Of a DNA stretch of 64,000 bases, positions 29,093 to 38,330 are shown piece after piece. Made by a program: the position numbers and the translations under genes. The stretch covers positions 6,091-70,090 of the forward strand of contig MGGJ01000012.1 in assembly GCA_001792345.1 (NCBI GenBank), written 5' to 3'. Position 1 is the first letter of the stretch; each line of letters begins with the position of its first letter. The notes under the pieces are model-generated. The model was given only the letters and a program-made list of their open reading frames with translations. It had not been told where the DNA came from and did no database searches. Source of the stretch: Candidatus Woesebacteria bacterium RIFCSPHIGHO2_01_FULL_39_32. GTDB lineage: Bacteria > Patescibacteriota > Microgenomatia > UBA8517.

Positions 29093-30547
29093 ATGAATAA
29101 GTCTAAATTGGTTATTTTCGGAATAGACGGTGCAAGCTGGAACATGCTTGATAAAGTGATTGCGAAAGGTGTGATGCCGAACTTAAAAATGCTTATTAAA
29201 AAACACGCCAAGGGAACTTTGGTAAGCAGTACTCCGCCGGCAACATTTCCTGCTTGGATTGATTTTTTAACTGGTGTAAACCCGGGAAGACACGGTGTAT
29301 CGGGTTTGGTTAAACCAGGAAAGAAAATGGGTCAAATAATACCTTTATCGGGAATAGATAAAAAAACCACCGACTTTCCTAATAAATTGGACAAAGCGGG
29401 AATTTCTGGGATTTATGTAAATTTGCCGGGATTATTTCCACTAAATCTTAAACGCGGAAGGGCTCTGGCCTCTTTTTTGTGGCCGGGGAAAATAAATTAT
29501 TATCCTGCCGACCTTGTTGAAGATCTACCTGGGCTATTGGAGTACAAGGTATTCCCGGATTTTTTATCCTCATCTCTTGGTGTAAAAAATTTAATCAAAG
29601 AGTACCTGAAAATAGAAAGAACAAGATTTGAGCTTGCAATCAAACTTTTCGAAAAAAGAAATTGGCAAGTCTTTTTTTATATGGTGTCTGCATATGATTG
29701 GGTCTTTCATAAAATTAAAGACAAAACGTTGGATGAGGCTTTGGCACAACCAAATATTAAAGAGTTTTTTGAGGAGCTTGATAAACAACTCGGCTGGTTT
29801 GTTAAGGGATCGGTGGCGGCAAATTTTATTTTGTTATCCGATCATGGAGAAAAAAAGTATTATTGGAAATTTTATATCAATAAGTGGCTTATCGACCATA
29901 ATTATCTCAGGCTTAAACATGTTTGGTACAAAAATATACGGGATTTACCTATGCAGATAAAAATATTCAATACACAGATTCTTGAGAGCAATTCACCTTT
30001 TGCATGGTTGGTCAAACTTTTCCAAAGATATCCTATTTTGTACGCTATTATGGGAGCAATGGTGCGTCGAATGCATGTATATCTTCCGAAAATATTTTTT
30101 AATATAGGTATAGGGGGGTGGGGTAAAGAAATAATTCATAATAAAAGTAAGGCATATTATTATGGTGGGATAAAATTTAAAGGCAAGTATGAAGATAAAA
30201 TAATTCTTGCCGATAAATTAAGAGATCTTTGCATACCCGATACAAATTTAAAGGTATTTTCTGCTGTTCACCTCCGCGAGGAAATTTACTCAGGGAGAAA
30301 TATTAAAACATGCTCTGATATAATTTTAGTCTACGGCAACTGCATTTGCGACTCGGCACTTTGGACGCCTCAGGTTTTTTTAAGAAGTACCAGTTATGAT
30401 CATAGCAGGCATGGAATTATTGTGATGTTTGGACCACAGATTAAGCGTGTTATAAGAAAAGCTAAGATAGTTGACATTGCTCCGACGGTGCTCAAGTTAT
30501 TTAAATTAAAATTTCCTCAAAAAATCGATGGCAAAAGCTTAATTTAA
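29093..30547 (+). CDS. Alkaline-phosphatase superfamily enzyme (type I phosphodiesterase/nucleotide pyrophosphatase-like)
   Basis: VIFGIDGASWNML and TPPATFPAWIDFLTGVNPGRHGV are typical of the AP/ENPP/sulfatase superfamily. Confidence 0.6.
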   Translation: MNKSKLVIFGIDGASWNMLDKVIAKGVMPNLKMLIKKHAKGTLVSSTPPATFPAWIDFLTGVNPGRHGVSGLVKPGKKMGQIIPLSGIDKKTTDFPNKLDKAGISGIYVNLPGLFPLNLKRGRALASFLWPGKINYYPADLVEDLPGLLEYKVFPDFLSSSLGVKNLIKEYLKIERTRFELAIKLFEKRNWQVFFYMVSAYDWVFHKIKDKTLDEALAQPNIKEFFEELDKQLGWFVKGSVAANFILLSDHGEKKYYWKFYINKWLIDHNYLRLKHVWYKNIRDLPMQIKIFNTQILESNSPFAWLVKLFQRYPILYAIMGAMVRRMHVYLPKIFFNIGIGGWGKEIIHNKSKAYYYGGIKFKGKYEDKIILADKLRDLCIPDTNLKVFSAVHLREEIYSGRNIKTCSDIILVYGNCICDSALWTPQVFLRSTSYDHSRHGIIVMFGPQIKRVIRKAKIVDIAPTVLKLFKLKFPQKIDGKSLI

Positions 30548-30566
30548 GTGTAATAATAAATTTTTA

Positions 30567-31172
30567 ATGTCGCACGAGGGGAAGGTTAAAAAAAGTATAG
30601 CAATAATTAGTGAAGCCTTTGATTCATATGATCATAAGTCGATAGCAGTAGCGTGGTCTGGTCATAAAGATTCTACCGTCGTGGTGCATATGGTTCGAAA
30701 AGTCTTTAAAGACGTTCCTGTATTGGCTTTTCACAATGATACTGGTGATGAATTTCCAGAAGTACTGGAATTTATCGATAGAGTGTCAAAAGAATGGGAG
30801 ATCACCGTTTTGAGAATTAAATCAAAGAGTAAAATTAGAGCAATTGAAGAAGGGGTTTCCAAATACGGTATTAAGGCATATATATCTGCTATCCGAAGAG
30901 ATGAACACATAAGTCGCAAGGTTGAAAGATATTTTTCTGAGAGAAGAACTCACATGCGGGTTCATCCGATACTGGATTTTAGCGAAGAAGATATATGGCG
31001 GTATATTAAAGACCACAATGTACCGTATGTTTCGTTGTACGATCGGGGTTACAGATCATTGGATATGAAAGGCAATACTCAAGAAGTCTTAAAGCGTGGT
31101 TCGGAGCGAAGCGGAAGAGACAAAACTAAGGAATTAGTAATGGCACGCCTCAGGAGTTTAGGCTATTGGTGA
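30567..31172 (+). CDS. PAPS-reductase-family PP-loop protein
   Basis: AVAWSGHKDSTVVVHMV is an SGGKDS-type PP-loop. The size (201 aa) fits CysH-like proteins. Confidence 0.5.
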   Translation: MSHEGKVKKSIAIISEAFDSYDHKSIAVAWSGHKDSTVVVHMVRKVFKDVPVLAFHNDTGDEFPEVLEFIDRVSKEWEITVLRIKSKSKIRAIEEGVSKYGIKAYISAIRRDEHISRKVERYFSERRTHMRVHPILDFSEEDIWRYIKDHNVPYVSLYDRGYRSLDMKGNTQEVLKRGSERSGRDKTKELVMARLRSLGYW

Positions 31173-32509
31173 TTAGACTTTTTAAATTTAAAAAGTAGTC
31201 TTCCGAGAGGAAGGTACTTTTTGGATACACTTTTGATATTATTTGTGATAGTAAGGGATTGAATTTCTTTAAAATTAGTAAGATGGTCGTTTCCCGAACC
31301 TAGATAGGCAAAATCCATAATAATATACTTTTTGGCAACTCTCACGGCCTCGTTAAAAAATTTTTCCCTTTTTGCGGCATTAGTTATATGCCAAAAGACC
31401 CGCATAGCAATAACGGAATCGAAGCTGTTATTTTTAAATGGAAGTTGTTCAGATTTAACCAATAAAGGAGTGGGGAGGTTGTTATTTTTTGCAATTTTTT
31501 TTTGGTATACTGCTAGCATTTCTTTGGAAATATCAGTCGGAGTGACAGTATATCCTTTTTTAACCAGCACCGAAGTTATCCTTCCCGATCCCGCTCCTAA
31601 CTCTAAGATTTTTCCATCGGATTTTCCGAGAAGTGTTAAAAGTGCATTAATTTCTATTTTGTGTTTTAATCGTCCATAAATTGTTTTTTGCTCGGCGTCA
31701 TAGGTTTTTGCGGTTCGCGAATCTTGGTAGATACGATCAGGTTCAATCTTGGGATTAAGACTACCTAACCAGAAAGCCAACTGATCCACGGTTTTTAAAA
31801 GAACCAAACAAAAGAAAATTAACGGATTTTGAATGATTTTATTAGAGTTTTTAGAATAATTAGCGAGCCTTGGTAATATTTGGGTTTGAGGTATATTTTG
31901 GTAGTAGCCGATGAAAGCAGGATAGGATCTTCCTTTATTGTAACGTCTATGTAGTATTTCAAAAAAATTAGTTGGTTCGTGTACCGGTGTTAATGGATTT
32001 ATAAGTCGCAGGATATTGGCTTTTTGGGTTTTTAATTTAAGAGAAAGCGACCAATCGTCGAGTAGGTCAACTCTTTCGTCAAATCCTCCTATTTTTTCGA
32101 AAAGATTTTTGGAGATAACTTGGGGAGCTGAGAGTTCGATGTCATTTAAAGTGATGTCACGTTCAAGTTTTCTGGCTCTTTGCCAAATCGTATTTGTAGG
32201 TTTAATAGTCTCGTGGAGGATAATTGCGTCAGCGCCATTTTTGGTTATCAGCTTCTTACACTTACGAAGAATGCTTGATGGTAGTAAATAGTCAATATCT
32301 ATATGGACCAGAAAATCACCCTTTGCCTTTTTTGCTCCGTAGTTGCGTGACTGCGATTTGGACAAAAAAGTGTTTCTTTCCTCTATCAATATTACCTCAA
32401 ATCGCTTATAGTCTTGTTTATTAACCGCTTCAAGACATTTATTAAGTGTAATACGATTGGTGTTTCTTGAAACTGGTATTATTAGTGAGAAGTAGGGCGG
32501 GTTTTTCAT
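31163..32509 (-). CDS. Bifunctional GT2 glycosyltransferase (N-terminal) and class I SAM methyltransferase (C-terminal)
   Basis: GT2: FSLIIPVSRN ... VILIEE ... HIDIDY. Methyltransferase: ILELGAGSGRITSVL ... FDSVIAMRVFWHI. Confidence 0.7.
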   Translation of the reverse strand: MKNPPYFSLIIPVSRNTNRITLNKCLEAVNKQDYKRFEVILIEERNTFLSKSQSRNYGAKKAKGDFLVHIDIDYLLPSSILRKCKKLITKNGADAIILHETIKPTNTIWQRARKLERDITLNDIELSAPQVISKNLFEKIGGFDERVDLLDDWSLSLKLKTQKANILRLINPLTPVHEPTNFFEILHRRYNKGRSYPAFIGYYQNIPQTQILPRLANYSKNSNKIIQNPLIFFCLVLLKTVDQLAFWLGSLNPKIEPDRIYQDSRTAKTYDAEQKTIYGRLKHKIEINALLTLLGKSDGKILELGAGSGRITSVLVKKGYTVTPTDISKEMLAVYQKKIAKNNNLPTPLLVKSEQLPFKNNSFDSVIAMRVFWHITNAAKREKFFNEAVRVAKKYIIMDFAYLGSGNDHLTNFKEIQSLTITNNIKSVSKKYLPLGRLLFKFKKSNHQ

Positions 32510-32532
32510 ACCTAGTAGAGTATAACAGCTAA

Positions 32533-33804
32533 ATGGATAAATTCATTATTACAACAAGTTGGGATGACGGATCGGTGGAGGATCTGCGACTTGCCCAGTT
32601 ATTGGCTAAATACGAAATTCCTGCAACTTTTTATGTACCGATCAGGGGTAAAAATTGGAAGGTTATGGAAGATCGACAGATTAGGGAACTTTCCAGTGAG
32701 TTTGAAATAGGAGGGCATACTTTGAATCACATTAACTTGTGTAGTGTTTCTTCTAAGGTTGCGGAGAAGGAAGTAAGACGCGGGAAGGAAAAGCTTGAGC
32801 AGGTTATTGGCAAGAAGATAACCAGTTTTGCATACCCATTTGGTGCAACCAATAAGATTATTAAGCAGCTAGTAGGTTTTGCCGACTTTAACTTTGCGAG
32901 GACAATAAGGCTTTTTGAAACCTATGTTTTTGACAAATTATCTGCCGGTACAACAATGCATGCATATAACAATCATCCTCTAATGAGAGTAGTAATGGGA
33001 AGAGGTAGATTTTGGGGTGTGGGTAGCATACGTAAGTTTTTCAATTCCTGGGACGTTGTATGCAAAGACTATTTGGATTTTTGTATGGAAAATGGTGGGA
33101 TCTTCCATCTCTGGGGACATTCTTGGGAGATTGAAAAGCATGATAACTGGAGCCGGCTGGAAAGAATTTTTAAATACATAAACGAAACTACTCCCAAAAA
33201 TTTGCGGTGTACAAACCGTGAGGTAGTTAGTTTGCTTGAGGCAAAAAAGGAAAATTATTACGCAAATCTTGATCCACGAAAATATGCACAAGATTTAGGT
33301 TTTTTAAACGAATTTACTAAGAACTATGACAGAAAAGGTATGAGAGTACTCGATATAGGCTGCGGTAGGGGAGATGCGGCAGAGTATTATAAGAAAGCCA
33401 GCTACATGGGTATAGATACTTCGCAAAAATTTATCACATATGCTCAAAAAAACTACAGGGGTGATTCTTTATGTGAAGACTATAGAAAAATTCCAGCGGA
33501 AAAATTTTCCAAAAAGTTTGACCTGATTCTTATTTTAGGACTTTTCGAGGATCATACAAATCCGGTTGGCGAAGTTGCGAATATATGTAAAAAATTTGGT
33601 AGAAAAGGTACGAAAGTTTTATTTACCTTACATAATGCGAAAAGTCTTAGATTTAAATTGACAAAGGCAGTTCAATCATTTTCGGGTAGGTTGAAATTTC
33701 CTCATACTTCATTTACAAAAGAAGTACTCCAAAATCATTTCAAAAATATTCAAGTAGAAGACAAGGGTCCCTTTTTACTGGCCAGAACAACTTGCTGTGA
33801 CTAA
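32533..33804 (+). CDS. Bifunctional polysaccharide deacetylase (CE4/NodB-like, N-terminal) and class I SAM methyltransferase (C-terminal)
   Basis: CE4: TTSWDDGSVED and GGHTLNHINL. Methyltransferase: VLDIGCGRGDAAEYY. Confidence 0.65.
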   Translation: MDKFIITTSWDDGSVEDLRLAQLLAKYEIPATFYVPIRGKNWKVMEDRQIRELSSEFEIGGHTLNHINLCSVSSKVAEKEVRRGKEKLEQVIGKKITSFAYPFGATNKIIKQLVGFADFNFARTIRLFETYVFDKLSAGTTMHAYNNHPLMRVVMGRGRFWGVGSIRKFFNSWDVVCKDYLDFCMENGGIFHLWGHSWEIEKHDNWSRLERIFKYINETTPKNLRCTNREVVSLLEAKKENYYANLDPRKYAQDLGFLNEFTKNYDRKGMRVLDIGCGRGDAAEYYKKASYMGIDTSQKFITYAQKNYRGDSLCEDYRKIPAEKFSKKFDLILILGLFEDHTNPVGEVANICKKFGRKGTKVLFTLHNAKSLRFKLTKAVQSFSGRLKFPHTSFTKEVLQNHFKNIQVEDKGPFLLARTTCCD

Positions 33805-35044
33805 AAAGCAACTGAAAATTGCAATATTTCACTTAGCCTTTATCTACTCCGGTGGCGGGGAGAAGTTGGTATTACAACAAGCGGGCGGTCTGAGTAAGTT
33901 AGGACACCATGTTGAAATTTTTACCCCCGTTGTCAATGAAAAAAAGTGCTTTCCAGACCTCACCGGCAAATATAATATTAAGACTTTTCTTCCACAAATT
34001 CCCTTTATAGTGCCTGAGCATGAATCTTTTCAGATACTTTTAACATGTGTTTTAGCTCCGTTTATTGCTTACAGATTTAAGGATTTCGATATAATATTTG
34101 CTGCAAACCAGCCGTCACCTTGGATTGCGTGGTGGGTAAAAAAAATTGTTAAAGTACCTTATGTATCTTACCTTGCCCAGCCTACAAGGTTTTTACACCC
34201 TCGAAAAATAGATAACGAAACGGGATTATATTTTTCCAAAAAGGCATCGGATTCACTAACGGCACTACTAATGGATAAATTTAAAAATTTAATTTCGTGG
34301 GCGGACTCTAAAAGCATATCAGGATCTGACTTGGTTCTGGCGAATGGCGACTACGTCAAAAAACTTCTCGATTCGGTTTATAAGATAAATTCGGTTTCTT
34401 GCCCGGCAGGAGCAAACCCGAGCCATAAAGTCATAAGTTACGCCTCACGATTAAGAGGTAAACTAAAACTTGGTAAAAAAACCGTCAGTAAACCTTATAT
34501 TCTAATAACAAATCGTCATTTTGCTCAAAAAAGATTTGAATACGGCATATTCGCGCTATCTTTTGTATTGCAAAAGCATCCTGATTACATTTTGGTAATT
34601 ACTGGTCAAGAGACCGACTATACTAATGAGATAAAACTCCTTGTAAGGAGACTCAACCTGAAAGGTAAGGTCGAATTTCTAGGGTATGTCAATGAACGCC
34701 ATATCAATATGTTATATAAAAACAGCGCGCTTTATTTATACACGGCACCAGAAGAAGATTTTGGAATGGGTGTAGTTGAAGCGTTGGTGGAGGGTTCACC
34801 GGTTGTAACATGGGACAATGCCGGCCCAGGGAAAATTGTGCAAAACGGCAAGGATGGATTTCTGGCAAAGCCCTTTGAAGCCTCGGATTTTTCCGAGAAA
34901 GTCTTAAAAATTGTCAGGAGTAAGAAGTTAGCTCAAAGTCTTTCTGCAAATGCCTATAACTTTGGAAAGCAAAAATATACACTGGATAAACATTATAAAG
35001 ATTTGGAAACGCACTTAATTTCGATAACTTGTAATAAGTATTGA
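33797..35044 (+). CDS. Glycosyltransferase family 4, paralog of 13104..14363
   Basis: KIAIFHLAFIYSGGGEKLVLQQAGGLSKLGHHVEIFTP aligns with the N-terminus of 13104..14363. C-domain YTAPEEDFGMGVVEALVEGSPVVTW. Confidence 0.8.
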   Translation: MTKKQLKIAIFHLAFIYSGGGEKLVLQQAGGLSKLGHHVEIFTPVVNEKKCFPDLTGKYNIKTFLPQIPFIVPEHESFQILLTCVLAPFIAYRFKDFDIIFAANQPSPWIAWWVKKIVKVPYVSYLAQPTRFLHPRKIDNETGLYFSKKASDSLTALLMDKFKNLISWADSKSISGSDLVLANGDYVKKLLDSVYKINSVSCPAGANPSHKVISYASRLRGKLKLGKKTVSKPYILITNRHFAQKRFEYGIFALSFVLQKHPDYILVITGQETDYTNEIKLLVRRLNLKGKVEFLGYVNERHINMLYKNSALYLYTAPEEDFGMGVVEALVEGSPVVTWDNAGPGKIVQNGKDGFLAKPFEASDFSEKVLKIVRSKKLAQSLSANAYNFGKQKYTLDKHYKDLETHLISITCNKY

Positions 35045-36015
35045 TGAAACGGATTATTACGATTTTTATATCGGTAGCAATTTTTGTCTGCCTTTTGTTT
35101 TATATCGTTGATATTGGAAAGATCCCGGTGATACTCCAAAAGGTAAACTGGTATTTGGTTGTCGTCGCAAGCATCTTAGGATTAGCTACATCAATACTGG
35201 GACCCTTTCGTTTAAAAGAGCTCCTTCGAATCATTGGTGGTGAAGTGGACAAACTTTATATATGGAATCTCGCGAATATTGGAGCACTTTTATCGTTGAT
35301 TTTTCCACTATCCGCTGGGGGTTTCGCGATGTCATATTTTCTCAAAAAAAAGATTAACACTACTTATAAAAAGACATTTTTTATTGTCTTTGTAGATGCT
35401 TTTTTTTCGCTCCCATTACTTTTAGCTCTAGGAGTTATTGCGTGCGTTTATTTTTTCAATAAGAATCTATTAACCATAGAAATAATGGCAAAAAACATGT
35501 TTCTTATAACGGTCCTAGCAATTTTTGGAATACTAGTTATTTTCCTTCAAAAAAGAGATTTTATTAACAGAATCAGAGAATTACTAGCGAAAGCAGTAAC
35601 ACTTCTATCGAATTCTAAAGGAAGTTTTGACAAACCTATTCTAATCACTTTGCTTTTGTTTGTAGTAGGTAATTTACAAATGTACCTCTATTTTATAGCT
35701 TTTGGTTTGAACCTATCGATACTAGACTTTATTTTGGCTGAGTCCTTATTGAGTTTGTTGGGGACGCTTCCTTCTGTGATTCCGATGAAGATAGGCCAGT
35801 ATGAAACTTTCGGAGTTTTGACACTGCCGTATCTACTCAATGTTGATGAAACAATCATATTTAGTGTTTTATTACTTCAAAGAAGTCTGTCTATAGTAAT
35901 TGTTTTAATTCTTGGATTGATTTCTTTGAATTCGCTTAATTTTAATTGGGAATTATTTAGAAAAATCCCCGTATACAGAAACTCGGGGACGACATCTAAA
36001 AAAGAGGATAGATAA
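35041..36015 (+). CDS. Polytopic membrane protein, flippase-like (lysyl-PG synthase TM-region-like/UPF0104)
   Basis: About 8 TM segments. Its position downstream of a glycosyltransferase is typical of this family. Confidence 0.4.
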   Translation: MMKRIITIFISVAIFVCLLFYIVDIGKIPVILQKVNWYLVVVASILGLATSILGPFRLKELLRIIGGEVDKLYIWNLANIGALLSLIFPLSAGGFAMSYFLKKKINTTYKKTFFIVFVDAFFSLPLLLALGVIACVYFFNKNLLTIEIMAKNMFLITVLAIFGILVIFLQKRDFINRIRELLAKAVTLLSNSKGSFDKPILITLLLFVVGNLQMYLYFIAFGLNLSILDFILAESLLSLLGTLPSVIPMKIGQYETFGVLTLPYLLNVDETIIFSVLLLQRSLSIVIVLILGLISLNSLNFNWELFRKIPVYRNSGTTSKKEDR

Positions 36016-36174
36016 AGTGAACAAAACTTGTTCCTTGGGCAAAGATTAAGAAAAGTCCAAAAACCACGAGTACCAAAACCATAGGAATCATCCACCAGAG
36101 TTTTTGAGACCAAAGAAAGGCTATTAACTCTCCAATAAGACCCAATTTTATTTTGAAGTTTTTGATGTAGTTCA

Positions 36175-37953
36175 TTATTTGGTTTGTTTTTCGACAACAA
36201 AGTTTTCCATAACCAGAATATCAAGTCCGGATCTGATAAAAGTAGAATACGCGTCCTCTGGGGAATTTACAATAGGCTCGCCTCGCAAGTTAAACGAGGT
36301 ATTCATGAGTACCGGTACGCCAGTTAACTTCCCAAACTCTTTTACTAAAGCATAATAGCGCGGGTGGTTTTTTGAGTCGATTGTTTGAATCCTTGATGTA
36401 CTCATGTGGGAAACGGCGGGGATGGCGTTAGCTTTTTCTTTTTTAGTGGGTATTACAATTATCATAAATTTTGCAGGTCCGCTTTTGGGATCATCAATTT
36501 CAAAGTACTCTTGTGCCTTCTCTTGGAGAGTAACGGGTGCAAAAGGTCTATAGGGTTCCCTGAACTTTATTTTTGCATTGACAATGTCCTTCATTTTGCT
36601 TTTTCGGGGATCCGCCAAAATACTCCTGTGTCCCAGAGCACGCGGACCCCACTCAAACCTACCTTGGAACCACCCGACCACTTTTTGTTGATTTAATTTT
36701 TTCGCAATATCTTTAATGAGTTTTTCATTACTTTTGTATTCTTTGTAAGCAATACCGTTATAAGTTAAATACTTTTTAATTACTTTTCTTGTAAAGTCTT
36801 TACCAAAAAAAGCGTGACTAAAATGATATCTTTTTTTGTTATTTAGTATATTATGATGTAGATATAGTGCTGCTCCCAATGCTCCGCCGGAATCACCCGC
36901 AGCAGGTTGTATAAATAAATTCTTAAACGGTGTTTGAGTAACTATTTTGCCATTTGCAACCGAATTTAAAGCAACTCCACCTGCCATGCAAAGGTTAGTT
37001 AGCTTAGTTTCCTTGGCCAAAAAGTTGCACATAGTTAAAATTACCTCTTCTGTTACCTTTTGAATCGAAGCTGCAAGATCTGCATAGCGTTGGTTTAGTT
37101 CCATTTGTTTTTTATAGTCCTTGGGTTTATCTCCCCAAAATCTAGGATAACCCGTTTGTTGTGTAAAAAAAAGTGACTTTGGGTCACGGGCCCGCCCGAA
37201 CAATTTAGTGAATTTAGAATTGTAGGAATCAGTTGGAGAAGAATGGAAGGTGAAATAGTCTAGATTTAGTTTTATAGAACCATCGGGGTTTAGCGTTAAA
37301 AGTTTTTTTACTTTATCTATAAAACGTGGTGTACCGTAAGGTGCCATGCCCATGACTTTGTACTCGCCTTCGTTGACCTCGAATCCCAAAAATGCCGTAA
37401 AAACAGAGTAGAGGAGGCCCAATGAATGGGGAAACCTCAACTCTTTGAGTATTTCTATCTTATTTCTAAATCCTACGCCAAAGGTTGCGACCGACCATTC
37501 TCCGACTCCATCGAGGGTTAAAATTGCAGATTCCTTGAAGGGAGATGGATAAAAACATGAGGCCGCATGTGATATATGGTGGTCCGAAAAAAGTATCTTT
37601 GTGGGATCGACTGAAATTTTTTTAGCTATTTCACCTTTAATCCAAATCTTTTTTGTAAGCCAGTCTTTCATGCTTTCGACAAAAAAAGCCCTAGACTGAG
37701 GGAAGGTAGATAGTGTTTGAGTCAATATCCTTTCAAATTTTACAAAAGGTTTTTCGTAGAATATCACCCAATCTAAATTATTAGGTTTCAGGTTAGCAAT
37801 TTGTAGACAGAAGTCTATGGCTTTTTCGGGAAAACCCGAATCGTGTTTGATTCTTGAAAATCGTTCTTCTTCGGCCGCTGCGATAACTTTACCGTTATTT
37901 AAAAGTACGGCAGCTGAGTCGTGATAGTAAAATGATAATCCAAGTATTTTCAT
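36175..37953 (-). CDS. Carbamoyltransferase (NodU/CmcH family O-carbamoyltransferase)
   Basis: N-terminus MKILGLSFYYHDSAAVLLNNGKVIAAAEEERFSRIKHD, with the Kae1/YrdC-like fold typical of NodU/CmcH. 592 aa. Confidence 0.8.
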   Translation of the reverse strand: MKILGLSFYYHDSAAVLLNNGKVIAAAEEERFSRIKHDSGFPEKAIDFCLQIANLKPNNLDWVIFYEKPFVKFERILTQTLSTFPQSRAFFVESMKDWLTKKIWIKGEIAKKISVDPTKILFSDHHISHAASCFYPSPFKESAILTLDGVGEWSVATFGVGFRNKIEILKELRFPHSLGLLYSVFTAFLGFEVNEGEYKVMGMAPYGTPRFIDKVKKLLTLNPDGSIKLNLDYFTFHSSPTDSYNSKFTKLFGRARDPKSLFFTQQTGYPRFWGDKPKDYKKQMELNQRYADLAASIQKVTEEVILTMCNFLAKETKLTNLCMAGGVALNSVANGKIVTQTPFKNLFIQPAAGDSGGALGAALYLHHNILNNKKRYHFSHAFFGKDFTRKVIKKYLTYNGIAYKEYKSNEKLIKDIAKKLNQQKVVGWFQGRFEWGPRALGHRSILADPRKSKMKDIVNAKIKFREPYRPFAPVTLQEKAQEYFEIDDPKSGPAKFMIIVIPTKKEKANAIPAVSHMSTSRIQTIDSKNHPRYYALVKEFGKLTGVPVLMNTSFNLRGEPIVNSPEDAYSTFIRSGLDILVMENFVVEKQTK

Positions 37954-38177
37954 TAATACTGATTTTTGAGACCTTTAAGGTTAGCTACATTTTTGTTTGA
38001 TTTACTAAACCAGAAACTTTCCTTGTGGGATTTTAAGTTGAAAGGATCGTATAAGATTTTGGATATTACAGCATAAGGGCCGATTAATAAAAAATAAAGA
38101 AAGCTAAGAATTACATTTGCCTCGCGATCCAAAAGAACATTGCTAATCCTTCTCCAACGGTTCCAGAGAGTTTTCAT
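37953..38177 (-). CDS. Small hypothetical membrane protein
   Basis: 74-aa ORF with one TM, abutting the carbamoyltransferase stop. Confidence 0.3.
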   Translation of the reverse strand: MKTLWNRWRRISNVLLDREANVILSFLYFLLIGPYAVISKILYDPFNLKSHKESFWFSKSNKNVANLKGLKNQY

Positions 38178-38228
38178 ATTGTCTAATTTTATGCGAGAAC
38201 ATTTTTATAAACAATTAGAAAATTTATT

Positions 38229-38265
38229 CTCTTTTAGAAGAGAAACCCTGCGCTTAAGCGCAGGG
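38229..38265. promoter_or_regulatory. Two adjacent perfect palindromes in a divergent intergenic region (TCTCTT-ttag-AAGAGA and CCCTGCGC-ttaa-GCGCAGGG); candidate operator or structured element
   Basis: Read directly. The GC-rich 8-bp-arm palindrome stands out in an AT-rich intergenic region. Confidence 0.3.
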
Positions 38266-38330
38266 AGAATGTCATAAACCGGGAAGTTAATACTCCATTG
38301 ACTCGGGATTAGTTAAAGATTAATCTAAAA

